A stretch of 64,000 bases of DNA, from assembly GCA_951406725.2 (NCBI GenBank), contig OX597828.1:10416001-10480000 (forward strand), written 5' to 3'. The position numbers and the translations under genes were made by a program. This stretch comes from Octopus vulgaris. Its lineage: Eukaryota. The notes beneath the pieces are model-generated. The model saw only the letters and a list, made by a program, of their open reading frames with translations. It ran no database searches and was not told where the DNA came from. Shown one piece after another: positions 55,201-64,000 of the stretch (within the stretch, counting starts at the first letter, position 1; every line of letters starts with the position of its first letter).

Positions 55201-56920
55201 GTAGTATGTAAATGAAGAGGCAGAAAGACAGACAGAGACAGACAGACAGATAGAAAGAGAAGTATGAGCGATGATTGGTAAGTAGATACACAGATGCGTG
55301 ATAACAAAATTGCAGACAAATGCTGGAAGACTAAACCATAAGCACAGCACACGCTCGCATAAACACACGTACGTATGCACATACAAATACACGTACAGAA
55401 GGACATTTACTCAAACCTAATTGTAATGATACCAAGACGCGCTGCCGTGAAGCCACAATCTCTACATCAAAGCAAACTCCAGATTAGGCATGTTCATTCA
55501 CCGTGAGATGTTGTTACTAACAAATGGAGCTAATTCCTTTGGTCTGACTACTCTCCCTAGGATATCTGTGAACGGGCGATGAATGTTCGGAAAGCGTGTA
55601 GTAAATGACACACATTTTTATGACTATTTCCGGACATACTGGTCGATATGTACACTTGGGGCGTTTTCATCATGCTATTGCTTATCTCTCAGACACGCAT
55701 TCAGCATTTATGTACTTTGCTAAGCTACATTTTAAAACAACTGAAAATATGTAGCTTGCCGTTTGAATGTAAATTAGTTGAACATTTAATTGCATATATT
55801 CTTGATCAGAATGGCTATTGGTCAGGCAGTTATAATTCAGACATATAGTTATTTTCTCGGATCTGTAGACGCTTGACCTAACGAAAATACATAAAGAGCA
55901 TTAATAAAAAGGGAATATTGGTTTTAGTAAAGAAAATAAACTCTTTGAACTGACAGTCCATTCATAAAGGAATGCTGTTGTTGAATCGTATATTTATGTA
56001 TAGTAACTAATCATACATACTTCTCCAGCCAGTTTCCAGTCTGGAAGTGTATCCATGATTATAACATTTCTAACGTTTTATCATTCGTCTTTTATGTCCT
56101 ACCTTCTCAGCTGTTGTAATTCTTTATGAATGCTATTGATCCAAATGAAAAATATTTCCTTTAGATTATTCCGACAAACTATAGCCAAATGCTTGTCTGT
56201 ATTCTATATAAATATTTTCATATTCAACGCTTGATTTGTATTTCCTTACATTTATTTCATTTTGGCATTACAGACGTATAGCAGCAAAAGTTGCATCATA
56301 TAAACTTTTTTCATTGCTCTATTGTCGGTGGAGCATATGTTTGTATTTCTTTTTAAGTTACCCACGATCAAATTTCCTTCTTTACCTGATCATTATAATA
56401 TAGGCTCATGGCCACAATATTTGTGGGTAATGAAAAGTCGATTGTATCAACCACAGTACCCGATCAATATATGCGTTCCCAGGATGATTAAAAGCAAATT
56501 TGAGCACATTGAGATTTGATTTCTGACGAAATAATACCATAAATATGTGTCCGGTGTTTTAATGATTATATATATTTTATAACATGTCCAGTGTCTACAT
56601 AGTATCTCTCTCATATATTTTAAAACTGGTAAATTTTACACACTGCTAATTTCACGGTCACATTTTCCATTGCATAAATTCACTAGTTCAAATACTAATT
56701 TATTCTTAGAAAATTAGATAGAAATCATATTCATTTCTTGTCATATGTATCGATGAATTTAGACTTTTATATTTAATATAATAGCAAGTTCCGTGGTGAT
56801 TATTTGTATCTTATACAGTGAACATTCTTTTTCTGCTTTCACTTAACTAAATATATTTTCCATATAACTAGTAAATTTCTGCATATATTTATTGATAATA
56901 TATTGATACTTATGGTGCGC

Positions 56921-57010
56921 ATAAGTACCAGTTGACTACAGGAGTCGATTACACCGACTTACCCTCATTCCCCGAACTTGCGATTCTGGTGCCAAAATCT
57001 GAAACCAATA
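56921..57010 (+). mobile_element. SINE family B-related 3' fragment
   Basis: ataagtaccagttga..ggagtcgatt..cgacttaccc..gtgccaaaatctgaaacca. Confidence 0.55.
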
Positions 57011-57966
57011 CGTATGCATTTCAAAGTATAGCAAATTGAATTTTCCTTGAATTACATTCATAGTTGTTTCTCTATCTTTTGTTTATTTGAGATAAAGATT
57101 TTCTTTAGTGGAGAAAACGCTACGTACTTATGTACATGCTCATACAATTATCGCACAATCTACTTTTATTTTACTTCCCAATTTGCCTTACAAAAACTTT
57201 TCCACACTTTCTCACTATCTTTTGAAGACTCCAACAAGCCTCTCCCATATTTTTGCCAGTATCTTGTAGTTTTCAGATTATATTGGTTGTAGTAGCATAC
57301 TGAACTCATACTCAGCTGTCATAAGCGACTGCTCGTCAGACTACAATGGATAAACCTATGCATCTAAAATATAGCTGTGACTATGTAACTTCACTAACAT
57401 AATTTTCACAAAGCTTTTCAAATAGAATGTGATTTGACCATCATAAAATAATTTAATCGACATTCTTTAAGATAGCTTGGAGCAACTACATTTAATTGTT
57501 CATATCTCCACACGCATATTATATGTTATTTAATATATTGTTGAGATTTATATTTAAATGTATTATTGTTTCCGAAACCAACCCAGAAACATAACTTTTC
57601 AAAATATAGCAGGGAAAGTGCCCGATTTACTAAGGAATGGAGGCTTAAGAATTGGGAATTTGCTAGTAAGGGTTACGTTTGACAATATATATTAAGTCCA
57701 ACAAAGATTGCTAGTGCAAAAGTATAAAATATAAATATTAAAAAATGGAAAAACGTCCACAGGTGGCCATAATAACTGCACATTTCTGACATTCTTGAGG
57801 AAATGTTGTCATATATTGACTACATTTATATTAAAAGAATCATGTAATCTAATCCGAGTAAAACCCAAAGGGTTTGAAAGGTGAATGGAATGCCATGTAG
57901 ATATCTTTCCAATTTGTGAGTGTATTCCCAATTGTGCGGAGTCTGGATATATACATACATACATAT

Positions 57967-57999
<33 letters not shown>

Positions 58000-58000
58000 C

Positions 58001-58965
58001 ATCTAAAATATATTCTCTTTCATTTTTCTACAATGCTTTTCCATCTATCTAGCAAAATCAACTTGTCCGTAAGGAAAAGTACTCCTTCGGTACTGTTCTG
58101 AACTCTTCTACAGAATTCATATTTTTCGTCCAAATGATTTTGAAGACTGCGGAATTAATGATTATCAGATGAGACAATATCCGGAACATATGGTGTGTGG
58201 AGCATTGTTTCCCATTTTAACTGCTCCAGCCTTTGGAATGTCATCCTTGCTGTATGTGGCCGAGAATTATCCTGGTGGAAGAACACCTTCCGTCTTCAAA
58301 CTAAACATGTTCGTCTATCTTCTGGCACTGACTTTAGCCGCTCCAGCTGCTCGCAGTAGATATTTGTTATCGTTTGTTTCAGGTTTAAAAGTTCAAAGTG
58401 GACAAAACATTTCATATCCCACCAAACAGATTACAACACTTTTATCCTGAGGTCGTGGTAATTCTCCGTTCCCTACTGTCTTCTGCACTTGACATTTTTA
58501 TAGAGAACTCATTTCGTGTCACCAGTCACTATTCGGTCCAAAAAATGTCCATTCATGAAACATGACAGCAAAAGAAAAGCATACATTCACACTCTCTGCC
58601 CACGATTAGACTCCGAACTTTTGTGAGGAACCCATTGACTCAGTTTGCTGACTTTTCTGATGGCATGCGGTTGTCGATGAATGGTGGAATAACCAATTCA
58701 AAGCTTCTCTTCCAGTTCTTCAACAGTTACGATACGATTTTGTTCCACTAGGGTTTGAAGGACGTCCTCGGCGAGCTCTACAGATCTACCAGGACGAGGC
58801 TCGTCTTCTAGGCTATAGTTTCCAGCTCAGAATTTCTGGAACTACCATTTATACTGGCTTACACTTATTGTCCGATCTTCATATACTGTATTAATATTCC
58901 TCGCACTTTCCCTTGAGTTGCTGCCGTTATTGAAACTCATAACATAATATATGCCAAATATGCCG
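58001..58965 (-). mobile_element. Degenerate mariner transposase spanning nearly the whole coding region; no TIRs found
   Basis: Minus strand reads SARNINTVY, SLEDEPRPGR, SQWVPHK, LDRIVTGD, FFHQDNSRPHTA, HTPYVPDIVSSDNH*FRSLQNHL and RWKSIVE..EYILD. Confidence 0.9.
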
Positions 58966-59551
58966 TGATGCGGTTTGTTGCTATTGACAACCACCACCTA
59001 GTCAACGACTACTACAAGCGCCAATACCACCAGCAGCTTCAGCGACTACTACCGCTTATACCATAATTTCCAACACCCTTGTAGACAGCCACCTGCCAAC
59101 TTACAGCCAGTCACAACCATCGCTCCTACGTGACCACTACGGTATTAACAAGAGCAAAATTGGTTGAAATATTACCAGCACACTTATTGAATTAAAAGGG
59201 ATCAGTGCCTATTCGGATATTCAAATGATAGAATCTACGTAGAGACAGATCTTTTTAATTGTATTCTTCTGAAGATAAACCTTTGCGTCTAAAATATATG
59301 AATGGTTTTCGAATTACCTTTCTGTCTTGTTACCAGATTTCATTATTTCCCATTATTTTTATCCTTCTACCTCTGTACTATAATGTTTCAAGCTACCCAT
59401 TACATCTGCACACACACACACACACACATACACACACTCACACACACACATATACACCCCCTACACACACGCATTAGTTGATTCAAAACGCCTTTAACAG
59501 GCTTCGGGACGAATCAAACAGTTTTACGTAAAATTAATTATAGAAGTAATG

Positions 59552-59552
<1 letters not shown>

Positions 59553-59632
<80 letters not shown>
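59553..59632. repeat. (AAT)n microsatellite
   Basis: Seen directly; abuts a retroposon-tail-like ttggccacaaggg motif. Confidence 0.95.
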
Positions 59633-59636
<4 letters not shown>

Positions 59637-59743
59637 TATTTTTTTAATTGGCCACAAGGGCCCAAAACATGGGGAATAATATCAAATGACGAAATACAAC
59701 ACAAAAAACAGCTGGAGTGTACATTGAACAAAGAGAGACACTA

Positions 59744-59815
<72 letters not shown>

Positions 59816-59904
59816 AATATATGTGTTCATATACATACATATATATAGAGAGATAGATATAGATAGATAGTTAGATATTGATAGAAAGATAGGCGTGTAT
59901 GCAA

Positions 59905-59987
<83 letters not shown>

Positions 59988-60381
59988 CAAATAAACACAT
60001 AATCACAAGCAAACAAACACACACGCAAGCATGTAATCACCCATCCGCACACATATACATACCTTCATGCATATAATCATTCACAATTGCTTAACTCACA
60101 AAGTTATCCACTTTCAACAATAAATAAAACCTTATAATCTTTTTTTTTTTCTTAAATAATATTAGCCGTTCTTTTATAGCAACGTTTAATAGCTCTGCTA
60201 ACAACAGAGCATTAGAAAAGCCGCCTTAAAATTTACTATTTCTTCAGATTTACCTAGTGACAGAATCAGTTTCAATAAACACTCACTTCCTACATAAGTC
60301 GCTTTGTTTTGTTTATCCACTTCAGTTCTATCACATTTCGGAAGATGGTCGTCACATTCTGAATGACAAACATTCAATCAC

Positions 60382-60520
60382 CTGGCGTGTTGTAAAGTAG
60401 CTGAAAATAAGCGGTTTCCGGCGCGGCTGTAATCGGAGCAGTCGGAAAAGACATGAACATTATCAATAAAGTGTCTGAAGTTTTCCATTCTAGATCCAAA
60501 GAAATATGCAGGATGAGAAT
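60382..60520 (-). CDS. Candidate 139-nt exon, possibly containing a start codon
   Basis: Acceptor ttttcttattttgctttgtatcAG and donor CAG|GTGATT; locally GC/CpG-rich unique sequence. agaATGG at 60488 opens MENFRHFIDNVHVFSDCSDYSRAGNRLFSATLQHA, ending in phase 2. Confidence 0.4.
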
Positions 60521-61331
60521 CTGATACAAAGCAAAATAAGAAAACAAGTAATTTTTACAAAGACCTACTTGAAAGAACAGTTTTCCAATTATAGACAACT
60601 ATGTAAAAATATATATACACATAACAAGTAGAATACAGAACCACTCAAGATGAAAATATTGTGGATTTTTTAAATGTATGTTCTTATTTTATTTTTGTCA
60701 AGATATGGACAAAAATATCCTAGTGTATCTAATGTAATTCCAGTAGTATTCTTAGTGTTGTGGTAAAATTAAATTCTTAAATAAAAATAAATATATAAAG
60801 GAATAAATAAAGGAACACAATAAGATGGTTAGTGTACATAACAATCTAACAACGATTAGTGAAAATTACATTCTGAAGAGTTTTCCAACAATTATCCTTT
60901 AAAATATCACCGATATACATTATGATTTTAAATATTAAGTAATTGCTCTATTCTTCCATTAAAATATTTGTTGTTAATTTATTCTACTTTTCAATGCATT
61001 GGCAAAATAATTGATTGCTGTTTCCGTAAGATGGTTAAGTATATTGTTTGGGCCACAAAACGGTATTTATATTTGGTCCACAACCCTCTGTTTTACTTCT
61101 TTTATAGACGGATTTTTTTTATCAACGAAATCAAATTAATCTTGTAATATTTCTGGAGTAACTAAAATTTCTACTGTTCGCTTCACAATTTCAAAATACT
61201 ACCATCAAAAATAATTATGACATAACAAGGTGAGGGCAAGTGATTTTACAATACTTAAAAAAATCTGTAATGATTATGCACTGAGGAAAGGTATGAAGGC
61301 ACGATTTCATATAAAATTCCACTGTAACATA

Positions 61332-61496
61332 GACGTAGAAGCGGCTGTATGGTAAGTATCTTGCTTACGAACCACATAGTTCCAGGTTCAGTCCCACTGC
61401 GTGGCACTTTGGGCAAGTGTCTTCTACTATAGCCTCGGGCCGACCAAAGCCTTGTGAGTGGATTTGATAGACGGTAACTGAAAGAAGCCCGTCGCA

Positions 61497-61537
<41 letters not shown>

Positions 61538-61748
61538 GTTTGTGTGTCTGTGTTTGTCCCCCCAACATCGCTTGACAACCGATGCTGGTGTGTTTACGTC
61601 TCCGTTATTTAGCGGTTCGGCAAAAGAGAACGATGGAATAAGTACTAGGCTTACTAAGAATAAGTCCTGGAGTCGATTTGCTCGACTAAAGGTGGTGCTC
61701 CAGCATGGCCACAGTCAGATGACTGAAACAAGTAAAAGAGTAAAGAGT
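61332..61748 (+). mobile_element. SINE family A, full length
   Basis: Colinear with 53804-54228 from head to (gtaaaaga) tail. Confidence 0.93.
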
Positions 61749-62639
61749 ATAACACGTAGACACCGGCACACCTGTTCGTCCAGATAGATATGCATTCATA
61801 CATTAATGCGCATGTAAGTACAGAAATGTGCATACTCACGTACAACAGTCTTTCATACTCACATAGGCATGTCAAACATACGTGCATCTCAAACGCGTAC
61901 GCGTGCACAAGACTATATGCCAGACACTAACACAATATATAGATGTATACGTATTCGCGCGCACGCAAAAAGCACATATATATACACGTAACATAAATAC
62001 AGCTGACGGATATACCCGCGTACACGCGCATACAAGCACACACTAACAGCTTACACGTACCCGCGACCATGCATATGCACACCCTAGTAAGCAGCTTGCG
62101 TGTACCCAACTCACCCTCACACACACACACACAGCAGATACTCATCCATACGTGTCAGACAGGCACATCCACGTGTTCATAGAGCGGGCAAACACAGGCG
62201 CGACTTATTCACACACTCGTCCGCCAAAGATTCAACTGCATAAGTTCCTTCGAATACTATGCAGACACTGACACAGTACTAATTTCCTGTCCTGTCACGT
62301 GGTCCAAGACATTCCGATTGCGAACTCTATTTTCATGGATGTGGCGTCAATGAAGTTTCCATATTATTTCCAACAAGATCATGTGTCCCGCCATGATCAA
62401 TAATAGCTGCCCAGTTTCCAGTAGCCAAATTCGACATCTTATAACTCACAGTTCGGACACCTCAGGCAGGCGAGGTAGGTTCCTGTACTCTACGAAACTT
62501 TATTTTGCTTCGGTCCGAATCAACCATGTTTCAATAATAGTACATGAAGATCTTACTAAATGTGTTGAGTGCCTTTTTGTTTCGGTATGTCCACTCACTT
62601 GTATGTATATAAAAAGAATAAATAAATTTGATCCCCAAA

Positions 62640-62865
62640 ACTGTTTGAAGTCTGTCATTACCAATGAAAGAATAAATGAGAAGTCGGCCATCGAGAAAAT
62701 TAAACTCAATACCAAAGTTTTTCTTCTCATTCGCTAAAACACCTAAGGTCACTATCTCATCAGTCGGACCTCCGATTGCTCAAGACAACATCTTCTATAG
62801 TACAGCAGAAGACATGGTTGAGTTTCTGAAGAAACAATACTGCTCTGCTTTCAATAATCCCAGTT
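62640..62865 (+). mobile_element. CR1-like LINE ORF2 fragment (endonuclease-RT linker)
   Basis: AIEKIKLNTKVFFSFAK..VGP....EDMVEFLKKQYCSAF resembles the IK.NPK.F....IGPL...A.IL..QY.SVF linker of CR1-group LINEs. Confidence 0.65.
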
Positions 62866-62938
62866 TTGTTAACATGACTGGTGGTATTAAATTAAACATA
62901 GCCTTGGTCAACTTCGGCCAAAATTCATCTAAGTATCG

Positions 62939-62994
<56 letters not shown>

Positions 62995-62999
<5 letters not shown>

Positions 63000-63741
63000 G
63001 AGTGAGAGAGAGAAATAGCTAGTGTTGTGGCTGCTATTTCTAAATTTTCGGTATGCGGTGAAGCAAATAATTTTACTGAACCCTGATTATAATTATACTC
63101 ATAATTATAATAATTATTGTTTAAGTTTACCGATAATATTTCTTTTAACATGCCGAAGCTACTTGGTAGAATTATTAATAATTAATGGTTAATAGTTATT
63201 AATTAATTAATTAATTTTACCCTTTATTATTATTGATAATATAATTATCTCCCTGATAATAAACTACAGTTGTTTCTGTGGAATGTTTGCTCGAAAACAC
63301 ACGTGGGTAGGTGAGGAGGAGTATGAGATCTCATTCGTATGTTATGAATTCGTTGGTACTGGTCATTGGATGTTGTTTGTCTGATGTCGTTTTGAATTCA
63401 GATAGATATGTTCAATTTTTTTTCCGTGCTCTCAATTTTAAAATCCGGAAATACTATGCAGATAAGCGAGAATGATAGATTGGAAATGTGTTTTTTGCAT
63501 TTTTCATACCTACTTAACTCCAAAATTCGTCGACAGTTAATCAAATTGCCGGGTGAATTTAGTTGGGGTTTTTTTTCTTTGCCTATGTGAATTGTTTTTG
63601 AGTATATGTTATCTGGGAGATTCTCTTACGGTAGAGAAATAGCTAGTTGTTTGGGTGCTATTTCTAAGTTTTCGGTATGTGGTGAAGCAAATCTTTTTTG
63701 TTGAACCCTAATTATAATTTTACTCATAATTATAATAATTA
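62995..63741. mobile_element. (TA)n-flanked ~750-bp non-coding element with ~108-bp terminal direct repeats
   Basis: 63009-63116 is repeated at 63633-63741 (agagaaatagctag...ttttcggtatg.ggtgaagcaaat...tactcataattataataatta). Confidence 0.7.
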
Positions 63742-63807
63742 CATATATATATATATATATGAGGAATGATCACTACGTGGACATTCATTATGCTAGAAAT
63801 AGATACG

Positions 63808-63919
<112 letters not shown>

Positions 63920-64000
63920 TATATGGATCAAAACAGTTTGAGCCATATATGTAACTCCCAATGTGTTGAGTGTCCTTTTGTTTGTCTACTCACACATATA

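Noticed and set aside
58985-59140. Thr/Pro-rich, coding-looking stretch
   Set aside because: Decayed (ACC/ACT/CAG) trinucleotide repeat.
62362-62397. YYFQQDHVSRH, similar to the Tc1 FQQDNA motif
   Set aside because: Isolated match without other transposase motifs or TIRs.

Overview
AT-rich eukaryotic genomic DNA, most likely an octopus (coleoid cephalopod). This is inferred from the very dense (TA)n/(CA)n/(GATA)n/(GA)n microsatellites and several tRNA-derived SINE families that resemble those described in Octopus. There are no prokaryotic features and no intact single-exon gene; most listed ORFs are translations of microsatellites or SINEs. The window holds about 25 SINE copies or fragments from 3-4 families and one full-length but disrupted mariner (43984-45271). 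It also holds two further mariner relics, a Tc1 relic, Tc2/pogo-type and hAT-type MITEs, and LINE fragments of the R4/Dong, CR1-like, Tx1/L1, RTE and Penelope types. Two signals deserve follow-up. First, a set of small (TA)n-embedded elements with inverted or direct terminal repeats and hammerhead-ribozyme-like cores (Penelope pLTR or retrozyme-like). Second, a candidate minus-strand gene with very long introns, built from phase-compatible exons at 60.4 kb and 46.0 kb and two microexons at 36.4 and 34.6 kb, one of which looks like a paralogue of the start of the 46 kb exon. All gene-model claims are unverified inference from splice signals and reading frames.
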